In this document: positions 53,111 to 64,000 of the stretch, piece after piece
Position numbering within the stretch: position 1 is the first letter of the stretch
Layout of the letters: the number at the start of each line of letters is the position of its first letter
Assembly (NCBI GenBank): GCA_016906335.1
Contig: JADEYG010000004.1
Span: forward strand, 496,001 to 560,000
Direction of reading: 5' to 3'
Length of the DNA stretch: 64,000 nt
Source of the DNA: Novakomyces olei
Taxonomy: Eukaryota
Made by a program: the position numbers and the translations under genes
The notes under the pieces: model-generated
Seen by the model: the letters and a program-made list of their open reading frames with translations, nothing else
The model's database searches: none
Told to the model about the DNA's origin: nothing

Positions 53111-54182
53111 GACCAGCCATGATTAAAATCAAATGCGAATGCCGCGTAAAGGACGTCCTTGAAATTTCTAAATCATCTGCAGCTGTAAGACCACTTAACA
53201 GCCGCATGTACCGTCTATCTGCACGTGATTTAAAATGGTTATTTACTAAAGTAGATAATGGATGTATCGACAAACATTTGGTAATGCAAAATAAAATAGA
53301 TGAGACAACATTCTTAGTCAATGTCGATGAAAAGTGAAACTTAGGCTCATTATCTGGCACAATCGGTACACATTCTTGCGTTTACGCCGCGCCACCAATT
53401 TTTATTACGACTGTCACAATTTTGGAGCGTAAAATGAGCCAACTGTATACATTGCCACTATTGAAATCAACGCGTCTAGGATTATGACGTCATTAGAAAG
53501 TAATAGCCGTCTTGTTTGCTATTTGTTTAGTAGAAAATACTCTTATAATCCTTTTAGGTTATCGTAGAACGGAACTCTCTGATAAGCATAGCGTGCAACG
53601 GGCATGGACTCGCGTAAAATTGTCCAATAATAACGCGTGATTATTTTGCGGCGGCCATGGAAAGCGATATCAATGGCTAAAGCAATATCACGGAAATTAA
53701 CGGTACATAATGTAATTAATCGGTTCAGTGTGCCTGCAATATCCTTCACGCTTTCCTAACTCAGCAAAAAAAAGGAAGTTTAATCACGTGCAATTGTGCC
53801 CTTATTCTCCGTGTGGGGAAGGAGGAATGTTGCTCTCGCTTATCAGGCACGTATCAAGGCGCATTGAATTGGAACCGTTTGCCGATTGCGTAATTGCCGA
53901 GACAAAGATAAGACAGAGACACTTATATGATAGGCATTTCCAAATTAATAAGGGCGTCGCGGTTTTCATGGCGAAAGGCCTCTTTTGTGCTGCTACTTTT
54001 GGGGCAAATAAAGGGAAAAACAGAACGAGAAGTAAAAAGCTGGAAGATACAAAAAGCAAAAAGAAAATACGTTTAATTATCTAAAACCGAGAAACTTCCT
54101 GACCAGGCTTTTAAAGGTTATTTGATACTGCAATTCTAGTTTTCAACTCTTGCGTACTTGAATCTTGATTTATACAGTCGAA

Positions 54183-56500
54183 ATGTCTTCGGTAGACAAC
54201 TCAAAAGCACCAGAAGCCAATAGTCCACTTCAGAGTGCGGAAGAAATAAAGGAGAAACAAGAACAAACTGAGACTGAAACTGCAAATTCTGTGGCAGACA
54301 CTTTTGAGCTTGAGACCAAACAAGCACCACATGGACTCGGCACTCATGGCGCAGATTCAAGTCTCCAACGCAGGCTGCATTCGCGAGCTGTATTTTGGAT
54401 CAGCATTGGTATCATTTGATTTTTTTTGACTTTCGGATTGCTTAATTATGACCAGGTTCCTCTATCGGCATGGGCCTCTGGCTTGGAAGCGGGTCTTCAC
54501 TCAGGGTATTTGACATTGTGGAAAATAATAATAATCAAAATGAAAATGAAAATGAATAATAAGACTTGAATCTGAAAGGAAAGAGACAAAGCTTAGACTT
54601 AGCAACAGACAAACTCGTTCCCGAATCATTGAGACTTATAATTGCTAACCCTTCAAGACAGGCGGACCCGCCAGTCTTTTTCTCGGCTATGTTATTTGCA
54701 GTACAATGGCTCTAGCCCTCCTTCAGTCCATTGGTGAACTTGCTATAGCATATCCTGTACCTTCTGCGTTTGTCGTGGTGAGTCTTTTTTGTCTGGAAAA
54801 TCAATGCATTATATTTTATAATTTTAATTAAAAAAGAATTATAAAAATAACAAAAAATGCAAATATATAAAATGAAACAAAATGAAACAAAATGATTTTT
54901 ACAAGGGGGCTGACGTATTCCAAAAAGTGGGCAAGAAACCTAATTGATCCATCAGTCGCCATTTCTCTCGGCTATACTGGACTATTTTCCAACATTATCA
55001 CAATACCAAACGAGCTTTCCGGGGTAGCGACATGCTTTGCGTACTTTGTGTCACCAGAAAGAGTATCACCGGCCGTTTGGATAACAGTGTTTCTCGTCCT
55101 GTACATATTTGTAAATTTATTTGCGGTATCATTTTTTGGAGAATTTGAGAGCATCAGCTCCTTTATCAAATTTTCTTTCAGTAAGTATATCCTTTCCTTC
55201 TGTTTGAAGCAGCAATTCTCCCCTCTGATTTTATATTTTTATAAAGTGTTTTTCATTTGCGTGCTCGAATCAAACGCGCTAATTTGATTGCTCTACGCTT
55301 CATTGTTCAACCTTCCTTTTTATTCGTTATCGGCACATTTTCATAGACCGACTAACCCCTCAAAGTCTTCGTCGTCATAATTGTGGGGATCGTGATAAGT
55401 AGCGGCGGCGCTCCAAAGGGCGAGCCTATAGGCTTTCAGTACTGGAACTCTACACCCTTTCTTCACGGATTCAAGGGGTTTCTTTCCGTTTTCCCCAGTA
55501 CCGTATTCGCTCTAGGCGGAATAGAAGCAAGCTCTATTATGGCCGCAGAGACGATAAACCCACTTGTCGCCTTTCCCAAAGCCGTCAATTCTGTTTGGAT
55601 CCGTCTCTCTCTCTTTTACGTCATTGGCTCGCTCATCGTGACGATTACAGTGTCACCCAGGGCACATGAGCTCTATGGCTCTGGGGGAGTTGACGCATCG
55701 CCCTTCGTCATCGCTTTCAGGTGAGTCTCCAGTAATAAACTGCAATAACGATTTTAGCAGCATTGTACAGCCACTAATGAAACAGAAACGGCGGGTTACC
55801 AGGACTGGCTTATTTTATGAATGCCATTATTATAATCTCCGTTTTCAGCACAGGCAATATGTCTGTTTATTCAGCACCGCGCGATCTTATGGGCCTCGCT
55901 CGTTTGGGCTACGCACCTAAAATCTTTCTTAAGGCCGATCGCCATGGCCGTCCGTGGCCAGGACTGCTTGTCACACTCACAATCGGAGGAGGACTAGGTT
56001 ATCTCAACGTAAACAACGCCGGCTCAACCGTTTTCTCTTGGTTTTCTTCTCTCACTAGTCTCTGCCTGCTTTATAGGTGGTCAGTCATCTTCCTCTGCCA
56101 TATCAGACTCCGGCATGCAATTTCCGCACAAGGTCTAACGCTGGACTGGCTGCCTTGGAAGAGCAGAGTTTACAGATTCGGAGCTCCACATTTAGGTTTG
56201 ACCCTTTGCTTGTTGCTTGTGATTGTAGAGTTTTACTTGGCACTTTTCCCTATGGGCGAGGAGCCTTCAGCACGCGTCTTTTTCTCCCACTACGTTTCCA
56301 TCGTTATTATCGTGTTTGCGTATATCGTGGCCAAACTGTTCCTTCGTGGCCCGTTGTACATCAAGGCAGATAAAATAAATCTCGATGAAAATCGCCGGTG
56401 GTACTTTGATGGCGACCAGCCACAAGGCCAAGATCCATTGTACGCGCTCGCACGTAAAGCTTTGCGCCGCCTCCGCGGACGCACAGCGGATACGAATTGA
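54183..56500 (+). CDS. Amino-acid permease, yeast amino acid transporter (APC) family (5 introns)
   Basis: LQRRLHSR..IGSSIGMGLWLGSG..GGPA..SIGELA; FFGEFE; IGFQYW; AAETINP; SPFVIA; upstream GATAAG sites. Confidence 0.95.
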
Positions 56501-56985
56501 TCGGCACGCGAGGCACAGTTGGCGATGATGAAGGTAGTACAGCCTGTGTATCGTTTTAATCACAATTATTCTTATACATAAAATGCAAAGTGCAAAGTAT
56601 AAAGTATAAAGTGCAAAGTGTAGTGTCTTGAAGTGTTGTACTTTATCGGTCACACGAGCTGTATCGAGTAAGAATACAACTTTCCCAATTCAAACTTTGT
56701 ATACCCAGATATAAAGGTTACTGTACCCCACTTTCTCACTGTAGGCTAGTTGGATAGTAATGTTATAAACTACAGCGTACCGTACTTTTAAATGTACGCA
56801 AACGCCAAGTAAACTAGAGTTCCTGGCAGGTGTATGTATAGATATATAAATATATAGATATAGATACATGTGGGGCACATGTGGGGCGGGATAACAAACA
56901 TCGGGAAAAGTAAGAGTTTATAGTAATGTGCGCCATAATAATAGTAGCCGAGTGCGACAATAGATCGCGCGTATAGCAATGGTCA

Positions 56986-58408
56986 ATGACGGGCAGAAAA
57001 CCGAACCGTACTTCACGTGCGTGTGAAAAGTGCCGTAGCAGAAAGACGCGGTGCTATTTCACGGGCGATGGAGCGTGCCTGCGCTGCTCGACGCTGAGCT
57101 TGCAATGTGAATTTGCGGATGAGCTTCGTATTCGAGCGGTACAGGAGAAACTGGCCGTCGCCGTTCCCCTCCGGTCAAAGGGCGCAGTAGCCAGAGGAAT
57201 CAAGCCAAAACCAGGGTTTTTCAAAAGCAGCGCCTTGGAAGAGTACGCAAGGACGGGGATTGCCCTGGAGCAGTCTTTAGCTGACAGTGGCAGCAGTCTG
57301 GTGCAAGATGAAAGGAACGAGGCTACAAAATTCGGGACAGCTGTTCAAGACCACGCGGCAGTGTGGTCAATGCTGGCAGACAGATCTCGGTTTATTCTTC
57401 TTTTCAAACTGTAAGATCCGCTATACAATTTTCGTCTAACTTTACGACTCTAATATTGCAAGATTTGTCGAAATCTACCAGCGATGGGTCTCCCTGCCAG
57501 ACACGACAGACTTGACAGAGTGCTATGAGATATGGCGGCGAGAGTGCCCGCTGCTTTTGGCCGTCTGCTGCCTCGTAGCTTTACGGCACTCTGGCGTAGA
57601 CGAGCGACAAGACTTGTCCTCTCTCCTTTTGCCCGCAGTTACCCGTGGAATTGCTGCTTCATTAATGCAGGCCAAACCGCAATTCAATACTCTCCAAGCA
57701 TTGTCGCTGGCCTGTTTTTACGGACCCAGTATCAGCCAAGGGGAGTTCGAGTTCGATTCGTGGCAGCTTAGCGGGATTGCTCTGCAACAGTGTTTGGCTG
57801 AAGAAGAGTTTTGGACAACTGCTCCCGACTCTTCACGCAGAAGATTATGGAACAATTTATGCCTTACCCACTTGTGCTACTCAATTACGCGGAGTCGGCC
57901 TTGTACGCTGAACGAGCCGCGGCTGAATGCAGTTCTTAATATGATGGATTGTGTGGACGCCACCACATTTGATGGGAGAATAGTGGCAGAGATCAGTATC
58001 TATGTCACTATATACAACATGACTCGGTCTGAGGAGGAAGGCAATGACGAATTAGAGGCCTGGCGAGAAGAATGGATGCATCTGTTTCGGCAGGAGCACT
58101 GCTATTATTTGCATTTAGCCTACCTCTATGCCCAAGTACTCGTATGGGATAAACGCGATGCCTCCAGAGTGCACGATTACAGTGTACTCATTCTTACTCA
58201 TATGGCTGCTGTGCCCTATGCTGAAATTGTACAGGCCAGTGACCATATCCACCGGGTAATTGCCATTGCTGCCTCCAGGCTTATGGATACCGCTGAGGGG
58301 AGACGGACAATTAATGATAACATGGCCTTTCGAAAGTTGCTTATAGCCATCTCTGACTACGTGCTCGACAAAGACCGCAGATGGGACCGTATCCTAAACA
58401 AAGTCTAG
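56986..58408 (+). CDS. Zn(II)2Cys6 transcription factor (intron 57411-57462)
   Basis: ACEKCRSRKTRC..ACLRCSTLSLQC cluster; fungal TF middle region (PLLLAVCC, RLWNNLCLTH). Confidence 0.92.
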
Positions 58409-58692
58409 ACGTTTTTTTATCATCATTATCATTATTTTTTTATTTGGGTTTAAAAGCCAATTTGTCTTTGAGGGTTAGGGTCAGGATTGAGATTGAGATT
58501 GAAGACCTGCTTGGCACAACAAGCCTGGAGCTTATATTTGTATCTGTATATAAAAAAAAGGGTAGCTTTGAACACACAAGAGCTGTCTCTGGATGACGTA
58601 CATATGATCACTGGTCTTGCTACCTCTTTTCTCTATGCCCTCTTTTCTTTATTTTTTTTTTCTTTATTTTTTTCTGGAGGTCCAAGAGACGA

Positions 58693-60406
58693 TCATTTCT
58701 CTGGGACGACGACAGTGATTGACTGCTCATTGCCGCACACGGGAGCAATAAGCAGCTCTTGATCCCCGGTGAGACTCTCATCCATCAGGCTGGCATCGAT
58801 GCCTCTTTCCTCCTGAGCTTCAGAGATCCGGATATGCAAAGTAGGAATCCGGTTCAGTACAAAGACAATGACAAAAGTGATAACAGAGGACCAAGCGGCC
58901 ATAAACAGATTACCGCCTATGTTAATCCCGAGCTGCCGCCAGTTACCCTCAATACATCCTCCGCGTATCGAGGCGATACCATCGAGGCTGGCAATAGCAT
59001 TTTCAGCAAAAAGCGCAGTCATTACTCCTCCACAGAGCCCTCCAATGCCGTGCAAATTAAACACTTCGAGGCCCTCATCTATCTGCAGTTTCCGTGTAAG
59101 GCCTTCAGCTAAATTGCAGACGGCTGCAGTGACAATTCCTACTAGGAGGGCAAAATGGAACCGGACAAACCCTGCGGCCGGTGTTATTCCGACAAGGCCG
59201 GCAATAGCGCCCTGGCAGGCGGCCACCACGCTCCATCGTCTGCCGTTGCGAAAGTAGCAGAGTATACTGTATACGAGAATGCCGCCCGACGTAGCAAAAC
59301 TTGTGTTTGCCATTACATAGCTCGTGCGAGTCGTGTCTGTGAAAGCAGCGCCGGGGTTAAAAAAGTTCCATCCGTACACGATCATTGATGCGCCAACGCT
59401 GTCGTTAGAATGGATAGTACAGATATATGTATGTTTTGCTGTATTCAATCACTGTCTTACAATACCATAATCGTGTTGTGGGCTCGATACTGAGGAATAC
59501 CAGAAGAGCTCTTGCTGTCTCTGCGTTTTCCCAGTGCAAACGCATAAACGAGCGCTCCGAAACCGGAGGCTATATGCACAGGCGCACCGCCTGCGTAATC
59601 AAGAAATTCGATCCTGGACAACGTTAGAATTGTGTGGTCAATGCCAGTGCCAATGGCGGACAAAGACGGTAAGAGTGAATTTTGGAACGACAGAGGTACC
59701 AGCAAGCCTATAACGATTGGACTGTAGGCGAGGCAAAGTACAGGCGAGGGAGCAGTGCTGGGCAAATATAAAGACGGAGTGTATTGCACAAGACTTGAAG
59801 GCCAGAATAAAAATAAAAATAAAAATATTAATAAATAAAAATAAATAAAACTTTAATAAAAAACGGCAACAACAGGATGGCAAAACGGCAATTTAAAGCC
59901 GGCTAAATCGAGTCTTACTTGTACATCCACCCGTGTGGATTCCATGTCCAATACGCTGACAAAACGTACACGAGTACGGACCAAATGCAGGCGAGGATTG
60001 TACAGGGAATCAAGCGGCCTCGCTCAGCTGAGCCGCCGACCATAATGCACGTAGTAGCAACGGCAAAGTAGCCACCAAACAGCACAAATATTGGCTCGTT
60101 CAAATGTGCAAGGCCCGGTGCTGGGTCTTGTAGTATAGTGCGGAGCCCGATCTTTGAGAGGTCTCCAATAAAACTGTTACCGCTGGAGCTGGCGACCAGA
60201 GAGTACCCGATCAAAAGCCAAACGACGCTTACACTGGCCATGACGAAAAACGTCTGGAAGATGAGAGTAAGGGCTGCACGTTGCCGAGCCAGGCCGGCAT
60301 AGAATAAAGCGATGCCAGGCATGATTAGCCAGACACTGCCAGTTGCTACCATTACCCATGTCGAGGCTGGCAGAGATAGGTGAACTTCTTCCGGGCTGTT
60401 GGACAT
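58693..60406 (-). CDS. Ammonium transporter, Amt/Mep family (2 introns)
   Basis: LIMPGIALFYAGL, GGSAERGR, DYAGGAPVHIASG, GWNFFNPG, AGLVGITPAAG, IDEGLEVFNLHGIGG. Confidence 0.95.
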
Positions 60407-61897
60407 CAAAGTCTTCGAGTTCAAATGTACGTGCACGGTCTCCTTTACTCGTTGCCTTGTTTGTCTTGGGTGGACTGGGTTCGTGGCTTATATATACACT
60501 GGTAAAAGTGGAGAAGCTATCGTATCATAATGATTGGACCACGCTGTCTCTGTTTTGTCTTGGCGGAGTAATTTTACTGCTCTTGTGCTATTGTTCCCTT
60601 CCAGTTTTGCTCTGCCTCTGTACAAACATGGCTCTAACAAATTCTTAACGTTCCTTAACGTATCCTTTACTTTATTCTAATACAAATTCAGGGTTTGGGA
60701 TGTTTTGGCGTCAGCTGGCTTACTTTTTTTTTTTTTTCGCTCTTCTTTCAGGTTTCTGCAAGACTGTCTCGCTGTCTGTGCACCTTCACCAGATTGTTTG
60801 TCTTTTGCAGTCTTGCTTTTCCTTTCCTGTGCGCTAGTTTTGCATCTCAAGTGTCTTGTCCAATACCTAATCGCCGATTCGGTTTCACGGCTATCGCGTA
60901 ATGTTTTACATTTGATTTTCGCTTTCGCTCAAACGTGTTTGGTCTGGGTCACAAAATTTGCCTCATCCTTGATGTACGATGGGAGAGAGGCAAATGGGCT
61001 GTATTTTCGCCATCAAAAAGATATTGTATTTAAAATTTGGTCCTTTGAAACCGGTTTGGGCAGGGGATTTACGGTTAGCTGTTGTTGTGTTTTTTCATAT
61101 CTCTGTGTGTACAAACTTAATTTAATAGTCGAATACTCAATCTGAGTTTGGACTGCCTTTTCAGTTTAGCCGTTCTAGTAAATATTAATAGTTTTCTATG
61201 CCCGCTCCGTTAGCTCTCCTCCTATATCTTACCAGCTTGCTCTTCTACTGTCCGCGAATACACTGGTCGTTGTATGTTTAGGCGCATGAACAAGGGACGT
61301 GATGGTGTGGGAGTGACTAAATTTACACATGTACAAGTCAACAGGGCATTGGTTGTGGATAGTGGCAGCGGTTGTAGGTTACCCGTATGACCGTAGCACG
61401 CTCAATGTTAAACGAATATTTGATTTTTGTTTGGATCTATGAATTCGAATCTTTGTCCTCTTTGATTCATTCTGAAACTTTATTTTCGCCATCTGCCCAA
61501 GTATTAAACTGTCAACTATTTCTATTCTTTGTGATTTAATTTTAATAAACTAGGCGGCCACTGATATTGATTTAGGCAAAGTATCATTACAAAACGGCTA
61601 AAGCGACATTTACACGTACCTTGGCTTTGGGCACGTCCTTGCATTAGCAAAGTGTAGAGCCCTGGCACATGTACGAGGGCGAACTTGACTGTCAAATTTA
61701 CTATGCCCGCATAAATCGCCTGAGAAATTGGTATACTTATTCATGTGCCTGGTCATGGGAACGATAAAACTTGATGAAGGAGGAAACAGTTGCATACAAA
61801 GTTGCCACTGGTATGGCGCGATTTTCCGAGTAAACTGACTCTCTAATCTGGTGTACAAATAATTCCCAATATTATGAGTGACAACAAAAGCAAATGT

Positions 61898-61972
61898 AGT
61901 CACGTGACTGCGTAAGTCTTTTATGTGACGTCCTTATGGTCACGTGAATACAAATGGATCGGTCACGTGACC
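61898..61972. promoter_or_regulatory. Cluster of three GTCACGTGA(C) bHLH E-box palindromes
   Basis: AGTCACGTGACT 61898-61909, GTCACGTGA 61939-61947, GGTCACGTGACC 61961-61972. Confidence 0.65.
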
Positions 61973-62094
61973 CAAGAGCTTTGGAGTGCAAATCTTATGC
62001 GAACCAAACAAAGGTTTGCAGCATCATTACATCAATGTAGATTTGACAAATTGCAACAACATCAATGCTCTATGGCAAACATTGCGAGTCCACT

Positions 62095-63479
62095 TTACCC
62101 CTTTACCTGCAGCTTTTCCCATATTGTCTCGAAAATGGTAATGTAAGCCCGAGCACTGGCGCTGTCCGGCTGCTGCAGCACTATCGGGACACCAGCGTCG
62201 GCAGCCGTGCAGATCTCTTCATTAAGAGGAATATCACCCAAAACGTCAACTCTATGTTCGCGAGCGGCACGGGCGACTCCATTATGACCAAATATATGTG
62301 TTGCATGGCCACAATGTGAACACTGGAAAACACTCATGTTTTGTACAATTCCGAGAATTGGGACATTCATTTTCTGGAAAAGAGCAATTCCACGTACAGC
62401 GTCTCGAAGTGCAATATCCTGTGGCGTTGACACGACAACCACACCTGTCCGTGTGAGCGACAAGTATGCTATTGAAATCATCGAAAAACATAAAGCAGAA
62501 CTGACTGGGAAATAGTTCATTTCACCCAAAATCCATTAAAAGCCGGAATCAATTAAAAGCATAAGGGAATGAAAATGAGTCAAGTAGACTTGAACCTCAC
62601 ACATGAGCATATGCTGGTGAGTTGCCTCGTGTGACCATGTAAGAGGCCATAGTAATGTTGGTGGGAAAAAAGATTCAATAAATTCAAGGCCAGCGTAGAA
62701 CAAGAGCAAAGCAAATGCGCAAAATACAAAAGTGCCCAATAAACAGATAATCGCAAACAGTTGTAGACGGCCAGCACAAATGGCTAAAAGCTTAAAACTC
62801 TACAGAATCAAAACATACCATCCAGCTCGAGCTGTTGAGCAATAGTCAGCTGAGTATCGCCTGTTCCAGGCGGAAAATCGAGGACTAAAAGGTCCAACTC
62901 GCCCCACTCAACTTCGTGTAAAAGCTGCTGTAAAGCCTTCATTACCATTAACCCTCGCCAGGCTAAAGGCGACCTTTCTCCAATCAAGTAGCCCATGGAC
63001 ATACTTTTAACACCATAATTTTGAAGTGGGATCAAATGATTCCGCTCGGACAGCTCAGGCTCGCCTGCGAGCCTCAGCAAAGTAGGCACACTGGGCCCAA
63101 ACACATCAGCATCAAGGATCCCAACTCGCAGACCTTTAGTTGCCGCTGCCACGGCCAAGTTCACTGCGACAGTGGATTTGCCGACACCGCCTTTTGCAGA
63201 CGAAACGGCTAAAGTATGTGAAACTCGAGGTAGGCGCCTTCGTACGGGTGCTCGAGGAAATGGGGGTGCTTTTCGTGGTATACCCTGTCAAAGATAAGCA
63301 CTGAGCTTTAAATCTGATTAAACAAAAAATATTAATGTAAAAATTAGAAAAAAAAGAAAAAGAAAAGAAACCATAAACTGGATTACCAGTGGATTTTCAT
63401 GTGTCGATGCCTGTGCAGACTGTATCCAGTGCAGACACCGTCGGCAGTGTGACCGCCGCAGTAGTCTCATGTGCATCAT
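62095..63479 (-). CDS. IND1: Mitochondrial Fe-S carrier P-loop NTPase Ind1/NUBPL (2 introns)
   Basis: Presequence, HENPLG, SSAKGGVGKST, DADVFGPS, WRGLMVMKAL, DFPPGTGD, VSTPQD, CSHC. Confidence 0.95.
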
Positions 63480-63576
63480 GTCGTATCCAGTTACAGTTTA
63501 TGTATGGAGTATAAGGGCTAGCAATAGTATATTTTTTCTATAGTTATAGCAGTACCATTGTGTGGTAGGTACACCA

Positions 63577-63743
63577 AAGTATGTTATAAAGTCTAGTGCT
63601 AAAGTTGCGTACAGTAAAGTATGGGCAGTATGTATTGTATCGTAAAGTCACGTACACAATACGGACGGTAAAGTTACGTATTGTGAAGTATAGTGCTAAA
63701 GTTACGGACGGTAAAGTTACGTATTGTAAAGTTATGTACGGTT
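63577..63743. repeat. Degenerate ~15 bp minisatellite (AAAGTTACGTATTGT / AAAGTTACGGACGGT)
   Basis: Recurrent AAAGT-headed units upstream of IND1. Confidence 0.75.
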
Positions 63744-64000
63744 ATCGCTACAAAGTGAGTACAACACATGTAAAGAAAGTGATGGTGAACGCTTGACCAG
63801 TAAGCTGGATTAGATAGTGTAGATTGAGATAGTGTAGACTGCGCAGTACAAAAGTAACCAGGACCCCCAAAAATTCCAGTAAGAATTCCGTCATGGTCAT
63901 AGACATCTAAGCGCCTCGTATACAGAAAAGTACCATTAGCGCCCGTAATGAAGCGAAACCCAACAAATAAATAATTGTCACATTAAAGCAAACTACCGCC

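Noticed and set aside
55187-55195. ATATCCTTT (AT-AC donor-like) in the permease gene
   Set aside because: Lies inside a normal GTAAGT intron that already restores the frame.
60642-60669. TTCCTTAAC followed by GTATCCTTT, matching U12 branch and donor consensus
   Set aside because: Wrong order for an intron, intergenic, antisense to the nearest gene, and part of a short local duplication.

Overview
Gene-dense, intron-rich fungal chromosome segment with about 27 protein-coding genes, 1 pseudogene and about 55 short introns by my manual models. Three features point to a Taphrinomycotina ascomycete: the histone H3 C-terminus ([25 protein letters not shown], as in S. pombe), Homol E/Homol D-type boxes on ribosomal-protein promoters, and an AACCCT box on H3. 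It keeps complex I genes (NDUFB4-like, IND1), so it is not Schizosaccharomyces. Genes in order: PRP18, RPS24, EEF1AKMT4-like methyltransferase, ARC15, RPP2, serine racemase, RSM19, extended NDUFB4, SAP18, Ser/Thr-rich secreted protein, TAF4, CENP-O, USP16/45-like DUB, MFS transporter, NMA111, H3 variant, J-protein, HELLS/IRC5, DUF4112, anchored acidic protein, CTF18, MFS transporter, IDH2, GH5 pseudogene, amino-acid permease, Zn2Cys6 factor, Amt, IND1. Most notable: (1) Prp18 with a substituted conserved loop, alongside many AAG 3' splice sites; (2) a ~1.2 kb non-coding element with a repeat-built promoter and a heavily base-paired minus strand; (3) several 120-170 nt structured intergenic islands; (4) a solitary H3 variant altered around K27; (5) NDUFB4 with a ~220 aa extension. 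Gene models and helices were read by eye; no searches or folding programs were run.
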